14,331 nt of DNA from a virus (IMGVR_UViG_2778261418_000001:1-14331), one strand, 5' to 3'; shown: positions 1-6,914, counted from the stretch's first letter. Translations and numbers: made by a program. Notes: generated by a model not told the origin, from the letters alone.

Positions 1-57
1 TTGACTCTTCTTTCACCCCTCAAGCCCCAAGCTCTTTCACCAATGGAGTCTGTCCTC

Positions 58-291
58 TTAAACTGAGCCACACCCCACAACAAACTCGTAGTAATCGCTC
101 CAGTCGATTTTGTTTTTGCCAGCTGCTTTCCAGGCGGTGAATGCACCGTTGTCCAGCGCGAACGACTGACAGTATTCAGCCGCGAGATTGATCTGGCCTG
201 AATGCGCAAAACTGATAAACGCATGTCGCCCTTTCCATGCTCTCATTGCGCACGTATCAGGAGTAATAGGCCCACCGTGGTAGTGAATCAT
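58..291 (-). CDS. hypothetical phage early protein (77 aa)
   Basis: Complete ORF; its ATG overlaps the stop of the upstream 246-aa gene (ATGA at 290-293). No family recognised. Confidence 0.45.
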   Translation of the reverse strand: MIHYHGGPITPDTCAMRAWKGRHAFISFAHSGQINLAAEYCQSFALDNGAFTAWKAAGKNKIDWSDYYEFVVGCGSV

Positions 292-292
292 C

Positions 293-1033
293 TCACTCTC
301 CTTTGATGCGAATGTCAGCGTCAGACATCATATGCAGATACTCAACTGCATCCTGAACCCATTGACCGCCAATCCCGTAATAGCGATGCGTAATGATGTC
401 GATAGTTACTAACGGGTCTTGTTCGATTAACTTCCGCAGAAACTCTTCCAGGTCACCAGTGCAGTGCTTGATGACAGGAGTTTTCCCAGGATGGCGAACA
501 ACAAGAAACTGATTTCCGACTTCACGGACTTCGTTGCTTTCCAGTTCTGCAATGCGCTTCTCTGCGGATTCCAACGCCGCAACCAATTCGTCTACAGTTC
601 CGGCAGCTTGCAGTGCGTAATCGGTAATAGCCATCTCATGATCAATTTCAGTACCGTTCTCATTCGTTGAGGTGATAGCAAAATAATCAGAGTCGATTTC
701 GTTATCAGCTAAGTGGCGTAGCGTATCGGCAACAAGCCGGCCGTTTTCGATTAGCAGCTTCCCTACCGTAAGCGCAATATCCTCGTTCTCCTGGTCACGG
801 CTTTTGATGTATTGCTGGTTTCTTTCCCGTTCATCCAGTAGTGCCAAAGCAATCTTTGGATTAAAGGCAGCAATAAATTCAGCGTTGTTTTTCAGAACGT
901 GTTGCGCAATGGCCTGACTACTTAGTCGGACCTCATAACCACGTGCGCCACGGTGTGGTTTATATGAGTCCCAGTCTCCCCACGTTGCTTTCTCTGCCGC
1001 CTCACGCAGTGCCTGATAGTCAATCTTGCTCAT
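293..1033 (-). CDS. hypothetical early-left protein, possibly ead/Ea22-like (246 aa)
   Basis: Long ORF, ATGA-coupled to the 174-aa gene upstream. Acidic, with a coiled-coil-looking central segment. Ea22-like is a guess from position and composition. Confidence 0.5.
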   Translation of the reverse strand: MSKIDYQALREAAEKATWGDWDSYKPHRGARGYEVRLSSQAIAQHVLKNNAEFIAAFNPKIALALLDERERNQQYIKSRDQENEDIALTVGKLLIENGRLVADTLRHLADNEIDSDYFAITSTNENGTEIDHEMAITDYALQAAGTVDELVAALESAEKRIAELESNEVREVGNQFLVVRHPGKTPVIKHCTGDLEEFLRKLIEQDPLVTIDIITHRYYGIGGQWVQDAVEYLHMMSDADIRIKGE

Positions 1034-1554
1034 TGGATGACTCCTTTACGAAGCTGTTCTGCGATATCTTCGAGAACGCCATCAGAGAATGAACGGTCAA
1101 AATCGCCTTCCGGCGCATTGGCCATAAACTCAGTAGAGGTAAGAATCATCCGGGCAATATCCGCAGCGTTCTTCGCAGTATCATCAATAAAACCAGCTTT
1201 CCAGGCTGCCAACATTCTGTTCGCCACAAAATAAGCGCCTTCCTTGCGTGCTTCAGTCTTCCCTTCAGCCAGGAAAGCATCGGTGGCAGGGGTCCCTTCA
1301 ACCTTCAGCCCTATAGGGGCCAGGTAATCCTTCAGACCAGCATTCTCAGCAGTCAGCGCCGCGCATTTAGCCTCAAGGTTATCAATCGTGATTCCAGCAG
1401 AACGACACTCCCGCAACGCCGTTTCCAGTTTTGATTCAAGTTCACCGAACTTACGCACCAGATATTCAGCGTTTGTTTCGTTAACCTTTAAATCTCGTGG
1501 GATGCATTTACCTTTCAGAAATCCATCCATCTCAATTAGTGTCATTTGTTTCAT
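1030..1554 (-). CDS. hypothetical early-left protein (174 aa)
   Basis: ORF with ATGA overlap to the preceding small gene (1551-1554). Ala/Glu-rich, coiled-coil-like centre. Function unknown. Confidence 0.5.
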   Translation of the reverse strand: MKQMTLIEMDGFLKGKCIPRDLKVNETNAEYLVRKFGELESKLETALRECRSAGITIDNLEAKCAALTAENAGLKDYLAPIGLKVEGTPATDAFLAEGKTEARKEGAYFVANRMLAAWKAGFIDDTAKNAADIARMILTSTEFMANAPEGDFDRSFSDGVLEDIAEQLRKGVIQ

Positions 1555-1715
1555 TTCTTCCCACTCCGCAACATCGCATTCAGATATTTGTTGTCATTAA
1601 CAGAACCGAAACTCTTTCTCTTAAGTAATTCCTCTCTCGATGGCATTGGCTTTACGCGTTGGCGAATAATCATTTCTGCCGGAAGAATGCCGGGATTGTA
1701 TGCAAGTCCTCTCAT
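1551..1715 (-). CDS. small hypothetical protein (54 aa; start refined from the 104-aa track ORF)
   Basis: The track ORF 1551..1865 overlaps the 97-aa gene in another frame. An internal ATG at 1715 has a GAGGA Shine-Dalgarno 7 nt upstream. Basic C-terminus. Confidence 0.35.
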   Translation of the reverse strand: MRGLAYNPGILPAEMIIRQRVKPMPSREELLKRKSFGSVNDNKYLNAMLRSGKK

Positions 1716-1725
1716 TGTAAATTCC

Positions 1726-2019
1726 TCAGTCATTACTGATAGCGCCATAGCGTGAGCGGTAATTACGCAGGCGCGGGTCAATTTCAGGGAAGTGGGTATA
1801 TGTGGCTTTACGGAATGGTCGGATTGATGTCTGGTAAATTCGCTCGCGTTCTTCTTTCTCTGCAAGCCATATACAGTGGCGAAATTCCTTTTCCTCTTTC
1901 GTTTCCTGCGGTAGCGACATTATCCGATCGTAGTTTTTCCTGAATTTATCCAGCACCTCCGATACGGAATTGCCGGAACAGCGGCGCGGGTCATCCGCAC
2001 CATACAGAGGCGCTGGCAT
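1726..2019 (-). CDS. hypothetical protein (97 aa); possibly Abc2-like anti-RecBCD, by position and size only
   Basis: ATG at 2019 with AAGGA 7-8 nt upstream. Sits just downstream of the erf/ssb module, where P22 carries abc2. Assignment not confirmed by sequence. Confidence 0.5.
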   Translation of the reverse strand: MPAPLYGADDPRRCSGNSVSEVLDKFRKNYDRIMSLPQETKEEKEFRHCIWLAEKEERERIYQTSIRPFRKATYTHFPEIDPRLRNYRSRYGAISND

Positions 2020-2042
2020 AATGGAATCCTTATTTTTCTAAA

Positions 2043-2426
2043 TCAGAATGGGATGGAATCGTCGTATACAGGAGTGTTCTGCTGGTTACTACTTTGCTGA
2101 TGTTGGCTGTTTCCTGAGGTTGCAAATCCAATCTTTGCATTCAGTAATTCAAGAGTGATTGATTGACCATTTTGCCCATGATAAACATCAACCCTGATGT
2201 TTTCTCCGGTAATTTCTACAATGCCACCTTCAACAAGAACACTACGGTAGTAATCCGCTTGCGCTCCCGGCTTGGCAAATACAACGGCGCTGTAGTTTGT
2301 CCATTCTTTCTTTTTTGTCTGGCGATCGTAATACTGAACGCCAGCACGGATGTTGAATCCGATATTTTCCCCGGCCTGAAACTCTCTTGCGGGCTTGTTT
2401 AGTCTTACAGTAATCGAATGTGCCAT
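2043..2426 (-). CDS. ssb: phage single-stranded DNA-binding protein (127 aa from internal ATG)
   Basis: C-terminus ends DDSIPF, the classic SSB acidic tail, after a Gln/Ser-rich linker. ATG at 2426 overlaps the erf stop (TAATG). The 30-residue N-terminal extension in the track ORF lies inside erf. Confidence 0.7.
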   Translation of the reverse strand: MAHSITVRLNKPAREFQAGENIGFNIRAGVQYYDRQTKKKEWTNYSAVVFAKPGAQADYYRSVLVEGGIVEITGENIRVDVYHGQNGQSITLELLNAKIGFATSGNSQHQQSSNQQNTPVYDDSIPF

Positions 2427-3031
2427 TAAGCAGCCGCTCCTTCTAATTCGTCTCGTCTGATGTTGTAAACGTCCTGCGCTTTGTGCTGCTCCGGTGTTCC
2501 TTCGAGCATCTTCCACGCTTTGGCGAACGCCTGTTTAAGATCTTCCACGGTGTTTTTTTGCATTGCTGCGTCAGTGAATGCTTTTAGAACCTGTTCAGGT
2601 GTAGGTGATGGTTTTGATTGCTTTGCTGCTGCGTTCTGCTGATGTTTATGTTCGTCGGTATCTGCATCTTTCGCATCATCAATGCCGAACAAACCATTGA
2701 GGCAATACTTGCGTGCATAAGAGCTTGTAGCTCCCGTAACTTGTGCAGAATCCATTCCTTTCTTGCTTTCTTCCTCTCGTGCAAGAGCAGTTGCCGTATG
2801 ACTGTTTTCGCCATCGGTAATAGTTGCCGTGGCTTTCACGTAATACCGATCACCAATCAACACAACTTCATCGCTGATTGATAAAAACAGGCCATTCAGT
2901 AACGGCTTAACGCCTTCAAGAATGTCTTCGCAGCTTCTGTATTTATATTTTCCGAATGAGTTGTACTGATTCTTTGGCGCGTTCAGATTCTCCTGAATGG
3001 CTGCCAGTCTTGCGTAAAATTCTTTGCTCAT
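2426..3031 (-). CDS. erf: single-strand annealing recombinase, ERF-family candidate
   Basis: From MSKEFYARL the protein matches P22 Erf as recalled from memory, in both sequence and ~200-aa size. Position matches P22 (downstream of cIII/kil). The upstream TTG start has no RBS. Confidence 0.65.
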   Translation of the reverse strand: MSKEFYARLAAIQENLNAPKNQYNSFGKYKYRSCEDILEGVKPLLNGLFLSISDEVVLIGDRYYVKATATITDGENSHTATALAREEESKKGMDSAQVTGATSSYARKYCLNGLFGIDDAKDADTDEHKHQQNAAAKQSKPSPTPEQVLKAFTDAAMQKNTVEDLKQAFAKAWKMLEGTPEQHKAQDVYNIRRDELEGAAA

Positions 3032-3132
3032 ATGATTGTTCTCAGAATGGACATGGCCCAAGGAAATAACGCTGATTTAATACTTCGACTCGGGACAAAT
3101 TAAGGCATACCCGCATTCCTTCGCGGTCACCA

Positions 3133-3291
3133 TTATGGCGATACCAGAGAGCTTTCTGCGTGTACATGCGTCTCTGTAACTTGCTCTCCTTCACTGTGGT
3201 TGCAAGTGACATGAATATCTCCTTCGTTACCGATTAATTCTTTCATCTGACGAATGAATTCTTCGTCTGACCAGTTATCTGTAAAACTCAT
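3133..3291 (-). CDS. small protein (52 aa) in the kil position
   Basis: ATG at 3291 overlaps the cIII stop (ATGA). Lambda and P22 have kil immediately downstream of cIII. No sequence confirmation. Confidence 0.35.
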   Translation of the reverse strand: MSFTDNWSDEEFIRQMKELIGNEGDIHVTCNHSEGEQVTETHVHAESSLVSP

Positions 3292-3458
3292 GGACGGCCT
3301 TGTTGTTTCAAAATATCCCAAAGCTTTTCGAGCAAGCTTTTCATTCTTGGTTGTTTAAAGTCTGCTCCGGTTAAAATGTTTTTTCGTGAATGCTGTACCG
3401 ATAAAATCGGGTTGAAAGGGCGAACCGATGCCGCCCCTGCAATAGCGAACTGCTGCAT
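3288..3458 (-). CDS. cIII: CIII-like protein (56 aa), inhibitor of FtsH-mediated CII degradation
   Basis: Not in the ORF track. ATG at 3458 with AGAAGGAG Shine-Dalgarno. Translation MQQFAIAGAASVRPFNPILSVQHSRKNILTGADFKQPRMKSLLEKLWDILKQQGRP resembles lambda CIII (MQYAIAGW... / ...WKRLIDILNQPG). Confidence 0.65.
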   Translation of the reverse strand: MQQFAIAGAASVRPFNPILSVQHSRKNILTGADFKQPRMKSLLEKLWDILKQQGRP

Positions 3459-3534
3459 AGGATGCTCCTTCTGTTTGATTGCATAACGAAAAACGCCTCG
3501 AGTGAAGCGTTATTGGTATGCGGTAACGCCGCGC

Positions 3535-3903
3535 TCAGGCGGCTTTGATAGTCATATCATCTGAATCAAATATTCCTGATGTATCGATATCGGTAATTCT
3601 TATTCCTTCGCTACCATCCATTGTAGGCCATCCTTCCTGACCATTTCCATCATTCCAGTCGAACTCACACACAACACCATATGCATTTAAGTCGCTTGAA
3701 ATTGCTATAAGCAGAGCATGTTGCGCCAGCATGATTAATACAGCATTTAATACAGAGCCGTGTTTATTGAGTCGGTATTCAGAGTCTGACCAGAAATTAT
3801 TAATCTGGTGAAGTTTTTCCTCTGTCATTACGTCATGGTCGATTTCAATTTCTATTGATGCTTTCCAGTCGTAATCAATGATGTATTTTTTGATGTTTGA
3901 CAT
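3535..3903 (-). CDS. hypothetical protein (122 aa), acidic
   Basis: ATG at 3903 with GAGGA RBS. Lies in the sieB/ral/ea10-equivalent variable slot. No family recognised. Confidence 0.55.
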   Translation of the reverse strand: MSNIKKYIIDYDWKASIEIEIDHDVMTEEKLHQINNFWSDSEYRLNKHGSVLNAVLIMLAQHALLIAISSDLNAYGVVCEFDWNDGNGQEGWPTMDGSEGIRITDIDTSGIFDSDDMTIKAA

Positions 3904-3921
3904 CTATTCATATCCTCACAG

Positions 3922-3948
3922 AAAAAAATCGCCCTCACATCGGAGGGC
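3922..3948 (-). terminator. intrinsic terminator-like hairpin just upstream of the 122-aa gene
   Basis: On the minus strand: GCCCTC-cgatgt-GAGGGC followed by GATTTTTTT, about 19 nt before the RBS. Confidence 0.5.
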
Positions 3949-4052
3949 AAAGAAGATTTCCAATAATCAGAACAAGTCGGCTCCTGTTTAGTTACGAGCG
4001 ACATTGCTCCGTGTATTCACTCGTTGGAATGAATACACAGTGCTTATTTGTA

Positions 4053-4523
4053 CTAATAAAATACCCAATTTTCTGTTTCTTGGTTGTGTCCAAAGTTATA
4101 TTCAATATCTGGTGTTGATGTATCAATATTTTTCATCCCATCAACAAGAGTTGATACAACAGCCAAATCTTGTTTTATTCTCATTAAATGGTATTTCTTC
4201 CGGCGCAATAAACTTTCAATAGCAAGTTTCTTCGTTGGGAATGCAAAAGATCTTTCTGCATTTTTTGCTACTTTCTTAATTGCATATCTATTTCTCCTTT
4301 GTTTCCATTCCTGTAACCACTGATTTGGTGCTGGTTTAAAATCAACAATCCAATGCGCAGGAACCAACCATGCATAATGCTCTGTCTGATGAAAAGCTAT
4401 ATATTGAAGTGCGAATATTTTTATCCCATCTTCTTCAACTGTCGCCTGGAATCTCCAGAAAACAGGCATTCCATCATGTTCAGTTTCTGATTCAGGAAAA
4501 GGTACGCTCCATGATTTTGTCAT
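4053..4523 (-). CDS. hypothetical protein (156 aa)
   Basis: ATG at 4523 with GAGGTG Shine-Dalgarno. The RBS overlaps the stop of the N-like remnant, as expected for the native gene downstream of N. No family recognised. Confidence 0.55.
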   Translation of the reverse strand: MTKSWSVPFPESETEHDGMPVFWRFQATVEEDGIKIFALQYIAFHQTEHYAWLVPAHWIVDFKPAPNQWLQEWKQRRNRYAIKKVAKNAERSFAFPTKKLAIESLLRRKKYHLMRIKQDLAVVSTLVDGMKNIDTSTPDIEYNFGHNQETENWVFY

Positions 4524-4531
4524 ATCTCACC

Positions 4532-4624
4532 TCAAATAAGTGGTTTGCTGCCTAATTTCATTTTCTGGCGACCAACACAAGTCACACCCATTTCACTGCG
4601 TGGCTTGCTGTAGTAAATACGGTT
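4532..4624 (-). pseudogene. N: 3' remnant of an N-type antiterminator gene (C-terminal ~30 codons only)
   Basis: Minus-strand frame translates to NRIYYSKPRSEMGVTCVGRQKMKLGSKPLI-stop, matching the conserved C-terminus of lambda N (YSKPGERGITCSGRQKIKGKSIPLI). The frame is closed by TAA at 4673-4675, has no start codon, and differs from the upstream 147-aa ORF frame. Confidence 0.6.
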
Positions 4625-4630
4625 ATTTAT

Positions 4631-4657
4631 GTAATAAAAAACCCGCCTTAGCGGGTT
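4631..4657 (-). terminator. intrinsic terminator after the 147-aa gene
   Basis: Minus strand: AACCCGC-taag-GCGGGTT followed by TTTTTATT, directly after the 147-aa stop codon. Confidence 0.6.
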
Positions 4658-4658
4658 A

Positions 4659-5102
4659 TTATTTCTTTGGATTTAGCTTTTCCATGTTCTCTGCGATCGT
4701 ACCTATTCTTGACCTTATTGTTGGAATATCAATTCCTCTCTGTATGTCTACATTTAAAGACATAAGCTCTCTGCTCCATCCTGCGATCGCATCGTGAAAT
4801 TGTCTTGCCCTGCTTGCTTGTCTACGTCTGCTGCTTTCAAGCTCTGTAAGCATTTGCTTTGCTTCGATCTGAGACTTGCCTTGCCCAACTCCCAATGCAT
4901 CGATTGCACATTGCCTCATCTCTGCTTTTATCAAAGGGTGAAGATTTTCAGCGCCAATAAAAATTACCTCGTCTATGCTTTTAAAAAGCAGAAGGCAATC
5001 AGTAACAACTTTGGTTCTTTTATCATCACACCTTACCTCTACCGAAGGTACGCCGCCATATTGCTTAACTCTCATTGCCGTGTAAACTGTAGCACTCTTC
5101 AA
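4659..5102 (-). CDS. hypothetical protein (147 aa) occupying the N position; TTG start
   Basis: AAGGAGG Shine-Dalgarno 5 nt before TTG at 5102. First gene after pL. Internal Arg-rich stretch SSRRRQASRARQ. No resemblance to lambda, 21 or P22 N. Confidence 0.55.
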   Translation of the reverse strand: MKSATVYTAMRVKQYGGVPSVEVRCDDKRTKVVTDCLLLFKSIDEVIFIGAENLHPLIKAEMRQCAIDALGVGQGKSQIEAKQMLTELESSRRRQASRARQFHDAIAGWSRELMSLNVDIQRGIDIPTIRSRIGTIAENMEKLNPKK

Positions 5103-5130
5103 ATCAGCCTCCTTTTTCTTTTTCTATATC

Positions 5131-5170
5131 AAAAAGCTGCTTTGCTTTTTGTGACTAAAAGCAAAAAAGC
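5131..5170 (-). promoter_or_regulatory. large hairpin plus U-run in the pL leader, preceded by a boxA-like motif
   Basis: Minus-strand RNA: GCUUUUUUGCUUUU-agucac-AAAAGCAAAGCAGC (14-bp stem, one mismatch) then UUUUU, ending ~17 nt before the RBS. TGCTCATTA lies ~10 nt 5' of the hairpin (boxA consensus CGCTCTTTA). Confidence 0.45.
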
Positions 5171-5259
5171 CTTCTCGCTAATGAGCAGCATTGCCGTTCA
5201 TCCTGAACCCGCCGCGCTCCCGACGCATGGTTTAATGTCGCGCCGTTCGACATGGCTTA

Positions 5260-5301
5260 ACTATACCCAAAGCTATTATTGCTGTAAATAGCTATAGTTA
5301 T
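5260..5301 (-). promoter_or_regulatory. OL/pL: leftward early promoter with overlapping repressor operators
   Basis: Minus strand -35 TTTACA (plus 5283-5288), 17-bp spacer, -10 TATAGT (plus 5260-5265). Operator-like sites ATACC-caaa-GCTAT (5263-5276) and ATAGC-tata-GTTAT (5288-5301), same architecture as OR. Confidence 0.6.
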
Positions 5302-5390
5302 AAAATAACTCCTTTGGTTATTTAGTCATTGATATCTAATGTAATTTATTTTTCTTGTATGTGAGATTTGGTGTTTTTTGGGCAATAAAA

Positions 5391-5409
5391 AACCCGCAAA
5401 AAGCGGGTT
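5391..5409 (-). terminator. intrinsic terminator downstream of cI
   Basis: Stem AACCCGC/GCGGGTT with 5-nt loop. On the minus strand it is followed by TTTTATT. 19 bp past the cI stop. Confidence 0.6.
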
Positions 5410-5427
5410 TGTTGTGGTGTGATGAGG

Positions 5428-6159
5428 TTAGTAGTCAACTACAGACCACCAGAAGATTCTTCCGATGATCTCGATATCGCTTAGATTCTTTTCTTCTTGT
5501 GGGTATTCCAGTGAGTTAAAGCTTCTAATGCTTACCTTGTCAGGCCCTGATCGAAAGAGAATCTTAATGCGTTTCCAACCGTTCTCGTTAATGGCGTAAA
5601 TCTTTCCGTCAACTATTTTCTTATCGTTGGTGTTAACAGCAACTGTTGTTCCATCAGGAATGTTTGGCTCCATGCTGTTGCCACGAGCCGGAAAACAAAC
5701 AACCCCGCTTCCATCACTGTTCGCGCCAACTCTGCGAAGGGTTGATTTGGAGAAGCGCAACATAAAGCCGTTGTGATCTTCATCAATCACCCGACCATCC
5801 CCGCATGCAAACTCAATATCTTTAAGGTAAGGAACTTCAACTTCATCACCTCTTAAAGGCGTTCCTCCATCCCATGGGTCCAAATATCCCCACGTGCTTT
5901 CATGAGGAATAGAAGATTTTGGATTATAAGGTTCAACTCCCTCATCACGCATTGGCCCAGTCCCATCGGAAAGCCATTCCGTACGAACTCCAAGCACTTT
6001 TGATATTTCAAAAAGTTTGCGCGTATTGCGTGTTTTTCCAGACGTAAGTTTCCAGACGCTTGGCTGAGACATGCCAACAGCATTGCCAAGAGAAGCCTGA
6101 GTAAACCCAGCCTGATCCATCGCGTATGTAAGCCTTTGAGAAAAAGTATCTAGTTTCAT
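5428..6159 (-). CDS. cI: CI-type prophage repressor (HTH N-domain plus LexA-like S24 autopeptidase C-domain)
   Basis: N-terminal XRE-type HTH (QASLGNAVGMSQPSVWKL). C-terminal S24 fold with the Ser motif GNSMEP and Lys in KRIK. Divergent from cro, flanked by operators; mRNA appears leaderless from pRM. Confidence 0.85.
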   Translation of the reverse strand: MKLDTFSQRLTYAMDQAGFTQASLGNAVGMSQPSVWKLTSGKTRNTRKLFEISKVLGVRTEWLSDGTGPMRDEGVEPYNPKSSIPHESTWGYLDPWDGGTPLRGDEVEVPYLKDIEFACGDGRVIDEDHNGFMLRFSKSTLRRVGANSDGSGVVCFPARGNSMEPNIPDGTTVAVNTNDKKIVDGKIYAINENGWKRIKILFRSGPDKVSIRSFNSLEYPQEEKNLSDIEIIGRIFWWSVVDY

Positions 6160-6165
6160 TCGTAC

Positions 6166-6236
6166 AACCTATAGCTACAGCTATTATTAGTCAAATACCT
6201 AAAGCTATTTACTTTCTGAATAGCTTTGGCTATTAT
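6166..6236. promoter_or_regulatory. OR region: three operators overlapping divergent pRM and pR
   Basis: Sites ATAGC-taca-GCTAT (6171-6184), ATACC-taaa-GCTAT (6195-6208), AATAGC-tttg-GCTATT (6218-6233). pR: -35 TTTACT (6208-6213), 17 bp, -10 TATTAT (6231-6236). pRM on minus: -35 TTGACT (6189-6194), 17 bp, -10 TAGGTT (6166-6171), with the cI ATG ~7 nt downstream. Confidence 0.65.
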
Positions 6237-6267
6237 TCTGATTGTGAATTCAGCAGGAGTTATTTTT

Positions 6268-6498
6268 ATGGTCAACGAGGCTATTAAAGCGGCTATTGAC
6301 TCAGTAGGAAGTCAGCAAAAGTTAGCTGATGCCTGCGGTGTTAAGCAGCCGTCTGTATGGGCTTGGTTGCATGGGAAGAAAAGGGTATCCGCTGAAAATG
6401 CCAAGCGCATTGAAATGGCTACCAATGGAAGCGTCCCTGCATACCTGATTCGCCCTGATTTATCCGCTTTGTTCCCCAATCCGAACAAAGCAGCTTAA
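6268..6498 (+). CDS. cro: Cro-like repressor (76 aa from ATG 6268)
   Basis: First gene rightward from pR. AGGAG RBS before ATG 6268. HTH QQKLADACGVKQPSVWAWLHGKK. The TTG at 6226 in the track ORF lies inside the operator. Confidence 0.75.
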   Translation: MVNEAIKAAIDSVGSQQKLADACGVKQPSVWAWLHGKKRVSAENAKRIEMATNGSVPAYLIRPDLSALFPNPNKAA

Positions 6499-6617
6499 TA
6501 AAGCAAATTTTTATACCGAACGGCCCGGTATACGGTCGGGTGCCCGGCGTGGTCATGGATGACTGTCAATGGTGCACAATAAAAAACCAAATTATTTACC
6601 TATGGAAATAGTAAGAA

Positions 6618-6914
6618 ATGGAACAAACAAGTTACAGCAAACTATCACAGCGCGACGTTGATCGCGCAGAAACAGATTTACTTATCAACCTGTCAACGCT
6701 TACTCAGCGCGGTCTGGCAAAGATGATTGGCTGTCATGAATCGAAGATAAGCAGAACGGACTGGAGATTTATTGCTTCAGTCTTGTGTGCTTTCGGAATG
6801 GCATCAGACATCAGTCCGATTAGTAGGGCTTTTAAGTATGCGCTTGATGGAATCACAAAGAAAAAATCCCCGGCCGCCACCGAGGATTTTAAGCAAATTG
6901 ATATGCAATTCTGA
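6618..6914 (+). CDS. cII: CII-like transcriptional activator
   Basis: 98 aa. C-terminal KKKSPAATEDFKQIDMQF aligns with lambda CII (KKRPAATERSEQIQMEF), with the HTH centrally. Position after cro. Confidence 0.75.
   Translation: MEQTSYSKLSQRDVDRAETDLLINLSTLTQRGLAKMIGCHESKISRTDWRFIASVLCAFGMASDISPISRAFKYALDGITKKKSPAATEDFKQIDMQF
6627..6640 (-). promoter_or_regulatory. putative pRE CII-binding repeat (TTGC-N6-TTGT) inside the 5' end of cII
   Basis: Minus strand reads TTGCtgtaacTTGT. Lambda pRE has TTGC-N6-TTGC flanking its -35 in the same place and orientation. Confidence 0.35.

Noticed and set aside
2163-2881. Plus-strand ORFs 2163..2402 and 2618..2881
   Set aside because: Antisense to the ssb and erf genes; hydrophobic low-complexity translations typical of out-of-frame reading.
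3032-3061. N-terminal extension MGHVHSENNH of the 211-aa ORF
   Set aside because: TTG start with no Shine-Dalgarno; the Erf-like sequence begins at the internal MSKEFYARL.
3133-3321. 62-aa track ORF on the minus strand
   Set aside because: Starts at TTG with no RBS. The region is better explained by cIII (3288..3458) in another frame plus a 52-aa ORF starting at ATG 3291.
4794-5291. 165-aa plus-strand ORF (and 4540..4797, 85 aa)
   Set aside because: Antisense to the 147-aa gene with good RBS, spans the pL leader and operator, and has low-complexity Leu/Cys/Phe-rich composition.
6226-6267. Upstream TTG start for cro (track ORF 6226..6498)
   Set aside because: Lies inside the OR1/pR -10 region; ATG 6268 with an AGGAG RBS is the plausible start.
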